Part shown: positions 1 to 9,021 of the stretch, in pieces | How the letters are laid out: the number at the start of each line of letters is the position of its first letter | How positions within the stretch are numbered: position 1 is the stretch's first letter | Source of the DNA: Eubacteriales bacterium | GTDB lineage: Bacteria > Bacillota > Clostridia > Oscillospirales > CAG-272 | Length of the DNA stretch: 33,811 bases | Assembly (NCBI GenBank): GCA_045547015.1 | Contig: JAZQDY010000066.1 | Coordinates: forward strand, 1 to 33,811 | Direction of reading: 5' to 3' | The notes under the pieces: model-generated | Told to the model about the DNA's origin: nothing | The model's input: only the letters and a program-made list of their open reading frames with translations | Database searches by the model: none | Position numbers and translations under genes: made by a program

Positions 1-154
1 ACAGCTGATTTAATCTGTCCCCGCTGCGGGTATAAGAGGAAACGCCCGATAACACACGCAATATCCGGAAGCAATCATACAAAACACCTATAAGTCCGCC
101 GTTAAAAACAGCCCACAAAAAGGCAATGAACTGCTGATTCTGTTCGATGCCCAT
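1..154 (-). CDS. yabQ: spore cortex biosynthesis protein YabQ, N-terminal part (gene runs off the left edge)
   Basis: Not in the ORF track because it is truncated. The reverse complement reads ATG(152-154) MGIEQNQQFIAFLWAVFNGGLIGVLYDCFRILRVLSG..., with a hydrophobic N-terminus and a YDxFR motif that I associate with YabQ. It starts 2 nt after the yabP stop, matching the conserved yabP-yabQ pair (family and synteny from memory). Confidence 0.6.
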   Translation of the reverse strand, partial: MGIEQNQQFIAFLWAVFNGGLIGVLYDCFRILRVLSGVSSYTRSGDRLNQL

Positions 155-156
155 AG

Positions 157-444
157 TTACTGCTTCGGGCGACGCGCAAACAGCCCGCCGCCTCTTGAAG
201 AGGACTTTACTGCCTTTTCATAATAGAAAATGCCGGTAATCTTGCCGTCAATAGAGATTTTTCCGCTTTCCACAGAAAAACTTTCTATCCGCAGATTCTC
301 ACCCTCAATGGCGATTGCTCCGCTTTCACAAAGCAGGTCAATACCCGTTTCCTGAAAACTTTCTACTTCCGAAACACCGGTTAACTCAGCGTGTTTTTGA
401 TCCTGAATTGTTACGCTGTGACCACCGCTTCCGCCACCGTTCAT
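157..444 (-). CDS. yabP: sporulation protein YabP
   Basis: 95-aa ORF. The segment ...LTGVSEVESFQETGIDLLCESGAIAIEGENLRIESFSVESGKISIDGKITGIFYY fits the YabP beta-repeat pattern. It lies between an S4-domain gene and yabQ, as in Bacillus and Clostridia. SD GGGGAGG lies 7 nt upstream of the ATG. Confidence 0.85.
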   Translation of the reverse strand: MNGGGSGGHSVTIQDQKHAELTGVSEVESFQETGIDLLCESGAIAIEGENLRIESFSVESGKISIDGKITGIFYYEKAVKSSSRGGGLFARRPKQ

Positions 445-503
445 GCACGTACCTCCCCATTGATCTGGTTCAGTATATGCGCTTAAAGCAGAAATTATAC
501 CAG

Positions 504-749
504 TCAGCCAGGTAAAACCTCGTAAAGAGAAGATACATCCGCCTTCGCGATATGCTCACGCACATCAAGAACGCGCACCTTCATTGTTCTCTCACCGAAA
601 GTAATTTCGATAATGTCGCCTACTTTCACGTCATAAGATGCTTTTGCACGCTTTCCGTTCACACAGACATGCTCCGTATCGCAGGCATCATTGGCAACGG
701 TGCGCCGCTTGATTATACGCGACACTTTTAAAAATTTATCCAGTCTCAT
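504..749 (-). CDS. yabO: S4-domain RNA-binding protein (YabO/Hsp15/RqcP type)
   Basis: 81 aa. MRLDKFLKVSRIIKRRTVA...VCVNGKRAKASYDVKVGDIIEI is the classic S4 fold signature. Its position upstream of yabP matches known synteny. Confidence 0.85.
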   Translation of the reverse strand: MRLDKFLKVSRIIKRRTVANDACDTEHVCVNGKRAKASYDVKVGDIIEITFGERTMKVRVLDVREHIAKADVSSLYEVLPG

Positions 750-764
750 TCGCTTCGTCTCCGT

Positions 765-800
765 GTTGCAAACAGCTCCAGTGGAACACCGGAGCTGTCA
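765..800 (-). terminator. hairpin downstream of hup (weak or partial intrinsic terminator)
   Basis: On the minus strand, ACAGCTCC (complement of 791-798) pairs with GGAGCTGT (complement of 772-779), an 8-bp stem with an 11-nt loop. It is followed only by TTGC, so the U-tract is poor. Confidence 0.4.
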
Positions 801-824
801 GCACACAAATTATAAGAGAACAAA

Positions 825-1100
825 TTATTTGTTGACCTTATCCTTCAGAGCCTTGCCGGCAGAGAAAGCGGGATGCTTTGCTGCGGGAATCACGATTTCC
901 TCACCGGTTGCGGGGTTGCGACCGTTTCTCTCGCCTCTTTCCTTTACTTCAAAGGTACCGAAACCGGCGATCTGAACTTTTTCGCCATCTGCCAGTGCGT
1001 TCTCAACAGCAGCAAGAACAGCGGCAACAGCAGCCTCGGCCTCTTTCTTCTTCAGGCCTGCCTCACGGGCAACTACTTCAATCAACTGAGTCTTATTCAT
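825..1100 (-). CDS. hup: HU family DNA-binding protein
   Basis: [11 protein letters not shown]...[44 protein letters not shown] is an unmistakable HU/IHF arm motif. I use the ATG at 1098-1100 (AAAGGA upstream) rather than the track's TTG at 1109. Confidence 0.95.
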   Translation of the reverse strand: MNKTQLIEVVAREAGLKKKEAEAAVAAVLAAVENALADGEKVQIAGFGTFEVKERGERNGRNPATGEEIVIPAAKHPAFSAGKALKDKVNK

Positions 1101-1184
1101 GGTATACAATTCCTTTCTTATTTCGCATCTAAGCGATAATATGCGTCAATACTCTGGACGCAAATAATTTATAAAACCGAGAAT

Positions 1185-1213
1185 ATTATAACATTTTATG
1201 CAGAAAGAATCAA
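1185..1213 (-). promoter_or_regulatory. sigma-A type promoter for hup
   Basis: Minus strand reads TTGATT (1208-1213), a 17-nt spacer, then TATAAT (1185-1190), about 85 nt upstream of the hup start. Confidence 0.55.
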
Positions 1214-1249
1214 GTGTTTTCTCTGTTTTTTCTTAAATTTACGCAAATT

Positions 1250-2044
1250 TTAGCGCGAAAAATAGGCAATTTGCGCGATTTTTCGGAGTTCCTCCGCAGA
1301 TGCGTTCAAAAGGGTCCCCTTTTTCGCCTCAAATTCGGTCAATATCTTTGTAAAACGGTCATTTCTCTTTGTAAGAGATTCTTCTGCATCACAGCCGAAA
1401 AGCTGTGCCGCAGCCGCCGTAAGGAATGCAGTCTCCCCGCTCAGCGCCCGAACATCTGCCTCTCTTCCCTCTTTCATAGCACAGGCAAGTTCTGCCGCTG
1501 TTTTTGAAATCTCATCTGCCAGCATTTCCGTATCCGGAATGATGCCTGCCTTCCCCGCCTTTTTCGAAAGTTTCTGTGCACGCATAAGCGCAGGCAAAGA
1601 GGGCGGGACAGAAGTAAGCGATCCCGCAAGACCGATCCGCTGTTTTTCCTCTGTTTTGATTTTTTCCCAGTTAGTCAACACCTCATCCGAAGTCTCGGCT
1701 TCCACATCGGCAAAAATATGCGGATGACGGCGGATCAATTTTTCCGTAATATCGTGCACTACGTCATCCATGGAAAAGCTGTTGTTTTCTTCTGCTATCC
1801 GCGCATGAAATACAACCTGCAGAAGAACATCTCCCAGTTCCTCCTGAAGCAGTGTCTGATCTTTCGTATCAATCGCTTCGATCACTTCGTAGGTTTCCTC
1901 GATAAAATTGGCACGGATACTTTCATGTGTCTGTTCCCGATCCCAGGGACAGCCACCTGGCGCGCGTAAAAGCTCCATCACCTTGATAAGAGAAGCAAAA
2001 TCATGTCTTTCTTCACTCAGCAATTGTTTCGCAGTCTCGTTCAT
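1250..2044 (-). CDS. mazG: nucleoside triphosphate pyrophosphohydrolase MazG
   Basis: Tandem MazG motifs are present (IEETYEVIEAI..., ELGDVLLQVVFHARIA). The start is moved to the second ATG (MNETAKQ) because AAAGGA sits 8 nt upstream of it and directly abuts the first ATG. Confidence 0.88.
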   Translation of the reverse strand: MNETAKQLLSEERHDFASLIKVMELLRAPGGCPWDREQTHESIRANFIEETYEVIEAIDTKDQTLLQEELGDVLLQVVFHARIAEENNSFSMDDVVHDITEKLIRRHPHIFADVEAETSDEVLTNWEKIKTEEKQRIGLAGSLTSVPPSLPALMRAQKLSKKAGKAGIIPDTEMLADEISKTAAELACAMKEGREADVRALSGETAFLTAAAAQLFGCDAEESLTKRNDRFTKILTEFEAKKGTLLNASAEELRKIAQIAYFSR

Positions 2045-2086
2045 TTTAAACATCCTTTCGAAAAATCCAGTAAAAGCACAAAGGAT

Positions 2087-3775
2087 TTATGCTCTTACAA
2101 GCTTCAATTTTGTCAGTACAGAGAGAATCTTCTCACCCTTGGGCAAAAGACGGATATCGTCTGCTGTAATAGCACGGATGGCAAAAACAAGTATCGCATA
2201 TACAACAACGGCCGCAAAGATTGCCAAAAGCGTAGCGATCGTACCACCGATATACAGAAAATCCGTGCACAGCACATGAGTGCCCAGTGCTGCCCCCGCG
2301 CACAAAACCGCCGCAGCCAGCGGACGAAGAAAAACGCGGTTCACAGACGGTGTCTCTCCCGTCTTCTTCGCTACGAAATACAGATTCATAGCGGCAGCGG
2401 TCAGGTAGCAAAGGAACGTACTGATCGGCGTGGCGTACATACCGATTGTGCGTATCAAAATATAGTTGGACACCAATTTCACAACCGCCCCTGCCAGCAT
2501 AGAATACAGCGGCATCCGTTCGTATCCGCAGGACTGCAGAATAGCGTTGGTAACGGATAAAACGCAAATGAAGAAGGAGGCAGGTGCCAGAAGGGAGAGA
2601 AGCGGCCACGCCATTTCCACAGATTCCGCCGGGAACAAAAGGGCGAGAATCGGTTTTGAAAGTGCCGACATACCCAGTGCGCACGGTAGTCCGATCAGCA
2701 CAGACACACGAAGTGAGGATTCCATGATACGGTTTGCGCGCACCGTATCCTTTGAACTGCGCGCCATGGTTAAAATCGGAATAATCGAGTACGAGATGGG
2801 ATAGATAAGATAGGGGGGCAAATTAAACATGGTGACAGCCAGCGTAGTATAATTGCCGTACACTCTCGTTGCCTCTTCTGCCGACATCCCGATTTCCTGC
2901 AGGCCCGTAGAGACGAGCGCCGCATCTATCAGATTTGTGATACTCATAACAGAGGAACTGAGGGTAATGGGAATCGCAATTACAGCGATCCGTTTCAGTA
3001 TGGATGCGGTGGAAGCAGTATAATCCGAAGCGGGGTTTCCTTCCAGAATCTGCGTATTATACTGTTCTTCTTTTGTGCGGAAAGTAATCTTTGCAAAGAA
3101 CAAAAATACCATGCCCAGTGCAGCACCGATGGTAAGGCCGGCAGCGGCGTAAGCGGCAACGATATGTATACCATATCCCTGCCCTTTGGCATACAGTGCA
3201 AAGAACACACCGAGGAACAGCTTCGAGAGGACTTCCGTCAGCTGAGAAACAGAGGTGGGAAGCATCTGCTGATAGCTCTGGAAATAGCCGCGATATGCAC
3301 TGGAAATACTGATAAAAAAGATGGTGGGAGCTACCGCGAGAATGCAGTAGTACGCCTGATCCACCCGAAGAATCTTAGAAGAATACAGTCTTGCGCCGAA
3401 AAGCATAATCAGCATGCTCAAAAGGCCCACAGCAAAAAAAAGACCCATGGCAATGCGGAAAATCCGTTTTGCCTGCTTGAACTGTCCTTTTGAACGGCTG
3501 TCAGAGAGCATCGTTGCCAATGCAACGGGCAATCCGTTGGTGGCAATCATAAAAAAGCAGGTGTAAAGCGTGTATGCCTGCGAATAATAACCCATGCCCT
3601 CGTCTCCGACGAAACGGCTCATGGGAATCTTAAAGAGCATACCGATCACTTTGATAATCAGATTGGAAATAGTCAGGACAAGCACGCCGGAGAAGAACAG
3701 ATTGGTGGTGCTCTTCACTTTCGGTGCCTTTGTATGGGGCTTATTTGTTTTCAAAGTTTTCTCCTTCCAACTCAA
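2087..3775 (-). CDS. MOP/MurJ-superfamily polysaccharide-biosynthesis flippase (SpoVB/YabM-like)
   Basis: 562 aa and highly hydrophobic, with many predicted TM segments. It occupies the yabM position upstream of mazG-yabO-yabP-yabQ, as in Bacillus (synteny from memory). Confidence 0.75.
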   Translation of the reverse strand: MSWKEKTLKTNKPHTKAPKVKSTTNLFFSGVLVLTISNLIIKVIGMLFKIPMSRFVGDEGMGYYSQAYTLYTCFFMIATNGLPVALATMLSDSRSKGQFKQAKRIFRIAMGLFFAVGLLSMLIMLFGARLYSSKILRVDQAYYCILAVAPTIFFISISSAYRGYFQSYQQMLPTSVSQLTEVLSKLFLGVFFALYAKGQGYGIHIVAAYAAAGLTIGAALGMVFLFFAKITFRTKEEQYNTQILEGNPASDYTASTASILKRIAVIAIPITLSSSVMSITNLIDAALVSTGLQEIGMSAEEATRVYGNYTTLAVTMFNLPPYLIYPISYSIIPILTMARSSKDTVRANRIMESSLRVSVLIGLPCALGMSALSKPILALLFPAESVEMAWPLLSLLAPASFFICVLSVTNAILQSCGYERMPLYSMLAGAVVKLVSNYILIRTIGMYATPISTFLCYLTAAAMNLYFVAKKTGETPSVNRVFLRPLAAAVLCAGAALGTHVLCTDFLYIGGTIATLLAIFAAVVVYAILVFAIRAITADDIRLLPKGEKILSVLTKLKLVRA

Positions 3776-3782
3776 GAGCGTA

Positions 3783-4685
3783 TCAGCCTAAAAACTCATG
3801 ATAAAGCGATTCCGCAGGCAAAAAATCCGCGGGAATTTCACTGCCTTCCACAGCATAAAACTTATCTCTGAAAGCCATGGCGGATGTAAAATGCGGACTG
3901 TCCACCGGAACACTGCAAAGAAGCGGGATCAGTGCCGGTGCAATAATAAACGGATCATACGGCATAAGTGAATTTATGCAGTAATCGCACTTTCCGATAT
4001 ACGGATAAATGTTGGCCTCTTCATTGGCACGGACCCCCTGCCAGATATGAAACGTGAATTCCGGCGAAGCGGATCGGAAGCGATAATCCCGCACCACACG
4101 GCGCGCCAGACGAATCTCCTCCGGAGAAAATACCGTTCCGTTTACAGACAGAGACTCCGTCACCGAAATCACGACGCTCTTTGTGGAATATCCTTTCAGC
4201 AGTGCGGTCACCTCGGGATATACCGCCTGGATTCCTTCAAAAATCAAGATATCGTCTTCCGTATGCACGTACGGCTCACCCACAAGACGGGAACCGGTAA
4301 CAAAATCAAACCGCGGAAGCGGCGTACTCTGACCGTGCAGCATTCTGTCGATACACTCCGCGAAATATGCAAGGTCAATGGCATCCACCGTATCAAAATC
4401 CACGGTATCACCTACCCGTTTGAGCGCGTCGTGTTCTTTGAAAAAATCGTCGATTGACAACATCACCGCACGTTTTCCAGCGGCAGCGATCGCGCTCGTC
4501 AATTTCTTAGCCATCGTTGTCTTTCCCGAACAGGTGGGGCCGGACAGTGCGATGCACTCAACATGATCCGCCGTCACAAGCTGCCTTGATACAGCTTCCA
4601 AACGATTCTCAAAATCCGCTTCACATCCGGCAATAAACTCCCTCGCTTCTGCTTCATTTTTGAACTTTCGGTTTACGGTAATCAT
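3783..4685 (-). CDS. P-loop nucleoside/uridine kinase family protein
   Basis: Walker A motif LSGPTCSGKTT, followed by a LSIDDFF-type segment as in uridine kinase/PRK-family proteins. Substrate is not assignable from sequence. Confidence 0.6.
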   Translation of the reverse strand: MITVNRKFKNEAEAREFIAGCEADFENRLEAVSRQLVTADHVECIALSGPTCSGKTTMAKKLTSAIAAAGKRAVMLSIDDFFKEHDALKRVGDTVDFDTVDAIDLAYFAECIDRMLHGQSTPLPRFDFVTGSRLVGEPYVHTEDDILIFEGIQAVYPEVTALLKGYSTKSVVISVTESLSVNGTVFSPEEIRLARRVVRDYRFRSASPEFTFHIWQGVRANEEANIYPYIGKCDYCINSLMPYDPFIIAPALIPLLCSVPVDSPHFTSAMAFRDKFYAVEGSEIPADFLPAESLYHEFLG

Positions 4686-4722
4686 ACGCTAAAATTCCCC
4701 CCTGACGTACACTGACAAATAA

Positions 4723-6228
4723 TCAGAAAAACTCGCTGTAAAACGCAGCGGCTGCGTCCCGGAACTGAACTGCCCGCTGTATTCCCGCCTCGTCCGCGTA
4801 ATCTTTTAGATATTCATATGGATATTTTGCTTCAAATATGCGTTCGATACGGCAATTTCCTGCTGCATCCATGGGAGATACGAATTTCGTGACGGCAGAA
4901 GCACCGGCGGCAAAAATACTGTGCACTTCCTCCATCATGTATACGTTATACAGCCCTTCCGCACCGGGAAGCGCATAGCCCACGTTTTCCAGATTGCCCA
5001 CCGTATTCTTCTGCCGATACATATAATAGGGCAGATAGCCGTCGCGAAGCAAGGTGTTTTGCGAATAGGCAACGGCGGCGGCGGCAGTTGTTCCCTCTCT
5101 GTCGTATACAGAAGCGTTTTCCTGCCGGATTTCCGCCGATTTTTTCACAGTAAAGGTATGCACCGTAATATTATCGGGACGCAAAGCCAAAATTCTGTCC
5201 ACAGTGGAGGAGAAGCTCGCCGCACTCTCTCCGGGAAGGCCGGCAATCAGATCCACGTTGATGTGTTTTATACCTATACCGCGTGCCGTTTCGTAGGCGT
5301 GGAAAAACTGTTCCGCCGTATGCCGACGGCCCACGGAGGCGAGAATATCATCGTTCAGCGTCTGCGGATTGACACTGATACGGGTGACCCCGTATTCTTT
5401 GGCAATCTGCAATTTTTCCTGCGTAATGGTATCCGGTCTCCCCGCTTCCAGCGTAAATTCGGAAAGGACATGTACATCCGTTTCGCCGGCAACCGTTTCC
5501 AGAAGAAAGCGCAGCTGGTCGGGTGTCAGCACGGTAGGCGTGCCGCCGCCGATATATACGGTGGAAACCGTTCTGCCGAGAGAGCGGATCGTTTCAAAAA
5601 CAGTATGGATGTTTTTAGCAAGAGCCTGCAGATATTCCGGAATCAGATCCAGCAGTTTTTTGGACGTATAGGAAACGAATGAACAGTACGCACACCGGGT
5701 AGGACAGAACGGGATAGCAATGTATACGCTGCACTGCTGAGCAAGCGCCGGTGTAATCAAACGTTGTTCTGCGGCGGCAACTGATACCGCCAGTTTTGCT
5801 TTTACAGGATCCGCCAGATAATGTTCCGTTATCCATGCGGCGGCGCCGTCCGGATCATAACCATAGCGAAACAGTTCTGATGCAATTTTGGCAGGACGGA
5901 CGCCCGTAAGCACGCCCCAGGGGGGACGAACCCCGGTCAAGGCGGAAGCCGCTTCAAAGAATGCGCATCCGGCAGCGATTTGCCGGGCACGGGCGCTGTC
6001 TATACCCGGCTCGATAGCACAGCGGCTATCCCGGATCTCTTTTTTTCCGTGCAGTTCCAAAACGGTCTGCGCAAAAGCAGCGTGCCCCTCTTCCCGCACA
6101 ACAAAATGCGCCCGGGGCACGTCATCGGCTGGCTGTTCCCCTTCCGGAAATTTTACACCGGGAAAAAAGCTCATGCAAAGAGTCTGGGCATAATACGGCT
6201 TCAAATTGCCGTCAATCGTCAGAATCAT
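4723..6228 (-). CDS. hemZ: radical SAM coproporphyrinogen-dehydrogenase-like protein (HemZ/HemN family)
   Basis: CxxxCxxC cluster motif IPFCPTRCAYCSF, followed by the VYIGGGTPT glycine-rich SAM motif. About 500 aa, like the clostridial HemZ subgroup. The start overlaps the dtd stop by 4 nt. Confidence 0.75.
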   Translation of the reverse strand: MILTIDGNLKPYYAQTLCMSFFPGVKFPEGEQPADDVPRAHFVVREEGHAAFAQTVLELHGKKEIRDSRCAIEPGIDSARARQIAAGCAFFEAASALTGVRPPWGVLTGVRPAKIASELFRYGYDPDGAAAWITEHYLADPVKAKLAVSVAAAEQRLITPALAQQCSVYIAIPFCPTRCAYCSFVSYTSKKLLDLIPEYLQALAKNIHTVFETIRSLGRTVSTVYIGGGTPTVLTPDQLRFLLETVAGETDVHVLSEFTLEAGRPDTITQEKLQIAKEYGVTRISVNPQTLNDDILASVGRRHTAEQFFHAYETARGIGIKHINVDLIAGLPGESAASFSSTVDRILALRPDNITVHTFTVKKSAEIRQENASVYDREGTTAAAAVAYSQNTLLRDGYLPYYMYRQKNTVGNLENVGYALPGAEGLYNVYMMEEVHSIFAAGASAVTKFVSPMDAAGNCRIERIFEAKYPYEYLKDYADEAGIQRAVQFRDAAAAFYSEFF

Positions 6229-6719
6229 ACGGTCTCCTCTGCCTTTTTCGGATGCGCCTGCTTTTTGGGCAATTTCAAAATGTCGGAATCCATGTGAATA
6301 GTAATCGGTCCGTCATTTACAAGAGCCACTTGCATATCGGCACCAAACGTACCGCGTGCAACATGCGGAATTGTTCTTCCGATGTAATCACAAAAATAAT
6401 CAAAGAGAGGGCTTGCCGTTTCGGGACGAGCCGATGCCGTAAAGTCGGGACGGTTCCCTCTCCGGCAGGAGGCAAGCAAAGTAAAGTTAGGCACGACGAG
6501 CAGCTCTCCCCCGATATCCGTAAGAGACAGATTCATTTTTTCATCCGCATCCTCAAAGATGCGGAGTTTAGCGATTTTATCAGCCAGAATTTCGGCGTCG
6601 TGCGCACCGTCTCCTTCCGCGACGCCAAGAAGAACGAGAAATCCTTTTCCGCATGCACCGGTCACCTGACCTTCAATCGTTACGCTTGCGTGCTGGACAC
6701 GCTGAATAATTGCAATCAT
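6225..6719 (-). CDS. dtd: D-aminoacyl-tRNA deacylase
   Basis: MIAIIQRVQHASVTIEG...GKGFLVLLGV...FGADMQVALVNDGPITI are the Dtd signature blocks. It lies directly downstream of relA, as in Bacillus. It carries about 15 extra C-terminal residues. Confidence 0.92.
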   Translation of the reverse strand: MIAIIQRVQHASVTIEGQVTGACGKGFLVLLGVAEGDGAHDAEILADKIAKLRIFEDADEKMNLSLTDIGGELLVVPNFTLLASCRRGNRPDFTASARPETASPLFDYFCDYIGRTIPHVARGTFGADMQVALVNDGPITIHMDSDILKLPKKQAHPKKAEETV

Positions 6720-6728
6720 ATGTCCTCC

Positions 6729-8969
6729 TTAGCCAATGGCACGGGTTACAGACTCAATATTCCGAATGGAACGGAGTTTTGAAAGAATGGAGTTGAAATG
6801 CTCTGTATTCTTGCAGCCGACCGTTAAATGAATGAGAATCACGCTTGCGGAGCGCTTTTGCGTATTGATAGACAGAAGCGAAACTTTCATCTCCGCCAGC
6901 GCTGTAGTGATCTCCGCCAAAAGCGAAATGTGATTCTCCGCCTCCACCACAATGCCGGACTCAAACATGGCGCGATTGTCATCTTCAGCAGAAAGATCCC
7001 ATTCCGCACGCTTCCATCGCGCGCGGTTCTCTTCGTTCTGCATACTGATGATTACGTTGGGACAATCACGCTTGTGAACGGAAACACCGAATCCTTTCGT
7101 TACAAAACCGATTACATCATCACCCGGCAAAGGATTACAGCACTTGGCAAATTTCACAGCGCAGCCGATTTCCCCGTCGATGATAATTCCGCCGGTGCGG
7201 GCGTGACGATGCTCCACCGTCTTGACCTGTTCGGGCTGGGTGGGCATTTCGGGTTCAATATCCGTCAGTTGTTTCACATACCTGTCAAATTCATCACGCA
7301 GCTTTGCGGCGATCTTGCTGACAGCCAGGCCGCCGTAGCCGATGGCATTATACAGATCGTCCAGATCCTGCATACCTACACGGCGTGCCACGGCAAGGGC
7401 AATTTCCCCCTTTTGCGTATCAGTGAGCTGGCGTCCGAAGCGGGTAATCTCCCGGAGCACGTCCGCCTTGCCCATAGCGATATTTTCCGTCCGCTTTTCC
7501 TTTTTGAACCACTGACGAATTTTACTTCGCGCTTCACTGGTGTGAACGATTTTCAGCCAGTCACGGCTGGGTCCCTTGGATGTGGATGACGTGAGAATTT
7601 CTACAATATCACCGGTATGAGGCTCCTTATCAATGGGGGTAATCATACCGTTGACCTTGGCTCCCACCATCTTATTGCCAACGCCGGAATGGATAGCATA
7701 GGCAAAATCGATAAGCGTAGCCCCCTGCGGGAGAGAAATTACGTCGCCCTTGGGCGTGAATACAAACGTCTCGTCGTGAAACAGATCAATCTTGAGAGCG
7801 TGCATGAACTCGTCCGGGTCTGCGGCGGAATTCTCCGTATCAATCAGACGGGATATCCAGGAAAGCTTCTGATCGATATCTGCTTTGGAATTCTGTCCGG
7901 TTTTATATTTCCAGTGTGCAGCGATACCGTATTCCGCTATATGATGCATATCCCAGGTACGGATCTGCACTTCAAAGGGGATACCGGCGCTTCCGATTAC
8001 AGTCGTATGCAGTGACTGGTACATATTGGGTTTCGGAGTGGAAATATAGTCTTTGAACCGTCCTGGAACACTTTTAAACAGTTCATGGATAACGCCCAGT
8101 GCCGTGTAGCATTCAAGCTCTGTATCCACAATGATTCTGAGAGCGTAGAAGTCGTATATTTCATCAAAACTCTTGTTCTGATTGAACATCTTCCGATAAA
8201 TACTGTATACGGTTTTGACGCGCTCTTCCAGCGTAAAATGAATATTATACTCCTGAAGTTTTTCGGAAATATACGAGCGGATTCCTTCAAGGAAGTCCCG
8301 GTTCTGTCCGTATTTCTGTTCAATATCCGTATTCACTTCCGCATATCCGATAGGATCCAGATAACTGAGAGCCAGATTCTCCAGTTCCTGCTTGATGCGC
8401 TGCATACCGAGGCGATGCGCCAGCGGTGCATATACGTTCATTGTCTCAAGCGCCGTTGTACGCTGTTTGCGCTCTTTTTTGGCGGACAGTGTGCGCATAT
8501 TGTGAAGTCGGTCGCAAAGTTTGATAAAAATTACGCGGATATCCTTGGACATGGCGAGAAGCATTTTACGGATATTCTCCATATGAGCTTCTTCTTTATC
8601 CTCGATATTGATGTTCTCCATTTTGGTAAGACCGTCCACAAGCATGGCCACATCTTCCCCGAAATAGGAACGGATCAGACCCAGATTGGTTTTATCGGGG
8701 CAATCCTCCACCGTATCGTGCAGAAAGGCCGCACAAACGGAATCCGTATCAAGACCAAGAGACGCGACAATTTCCGCCACAGCGATCGGATGAGAAATAT
8801 ACGGATCTCCGCTGTTGCGGAACTGTCCCTCGTGAAGCTTCGCCGCATACTGAAAAGAATTCTGGATTTTTTCCAGATCGTAGTTCTTTCCGCTCTGACG
8901 AAGCATTTCCAGCAGTCGTTCAATGTTGTCCGAGGCAGTGTTGCCCGGAGTCATGGTTTCTTCTGACAT
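6729..8969 (-). CDS. relA: bifunctional (p)ppGpp synthetase/hydrolase (RelA/SpoT homologue)
   Basis: HD hydrolase motif FLHDTVEDC, synthetase block YQSLHTTVIG...EVQIRT, then TGS- and ACT-like C-terminal regions. I use the ATG at 8967-8969 (AGGAAGTG 6 nt upstream) instead of the track's GTG at 8978. Confidence 0.95.
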   Translation of the reverse strand: MSEETMTPGNTASDNIERLLEMLRQSGKNYDLEKIQNSFQYAAKLHEGQFRNSGDPYISHPIAVAEIVASLGLDTDSVCAAFLHDTVEDCPDKTNLGLIRSYFGEDVAMLVDGLTKMENINIEDKEEAHMENIRKMLLAMSKDIRVIFIKLCDRLHNMRTLSAKKERKQRTTALETMNVYAPLAHRLGMQRIKQELENLALSYLDPIGYAEVNTDIEQKYGQNRDFLEGIRSYISEKLQEYNIHFTLEERVKTVYSIYRKMFNQNKSFDEIYDFYALRIIVDTELECYTALGVIHELFKSVPGRFKDYISTPKPNMYQSLHTTVIGSAGIPFEVQIRTWDMHHIAEYGIAAHWKYKTGQNSKADIDQKLSWISRLIDTENSAADPDEFMHALKIDLFHDETFVFTPKGDVISLPQGATLIDFAYAIHSGVGNKMVGAKVNGMITPIDKEPHTGDIVEILTSSTSKGPSRDWLKIVHTSEARSKIRQWFKKEKRTENIAMGKADVLREITRFGRQLTDTQKGEIALAVARRVGMQDLDDLYNAIGYGGLAVSKIAAKLRDEFDRYVKQLTDIEPEMPTQPEQVKTVEHRHARTGGIIIDGEIGCAVKFAKCCNPLPGDDVIGFVTKGFGVSVHKRDCPNVIISMQNEENRARWKRAEWDLSAEDDNRAMFESGIVVEAENHISLLAEITTALAEMKVSLLSINTQKRSASVILIHLTVGCKNTEHFNSILSKLRSIRNIESVTRAIG

Positions 8970-9021
8970 TATTATCACTTCCTATGGTAACTCACTGTAT
9001 CAAAAAACGCCACGGGGAGAC

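Noticed and set aside
472-499. Sigma-E-like promoter for yabP (minus strand ATAATT-N14-CATATACT).
   Set aside because: It resembles my memory of the mother-cell sigma-E consensus and would fit yabP biology. It is an AT-rich match recalled from memory and lies within 60 nt of the upstream stop codon, which is not strong enough to list as a feature.
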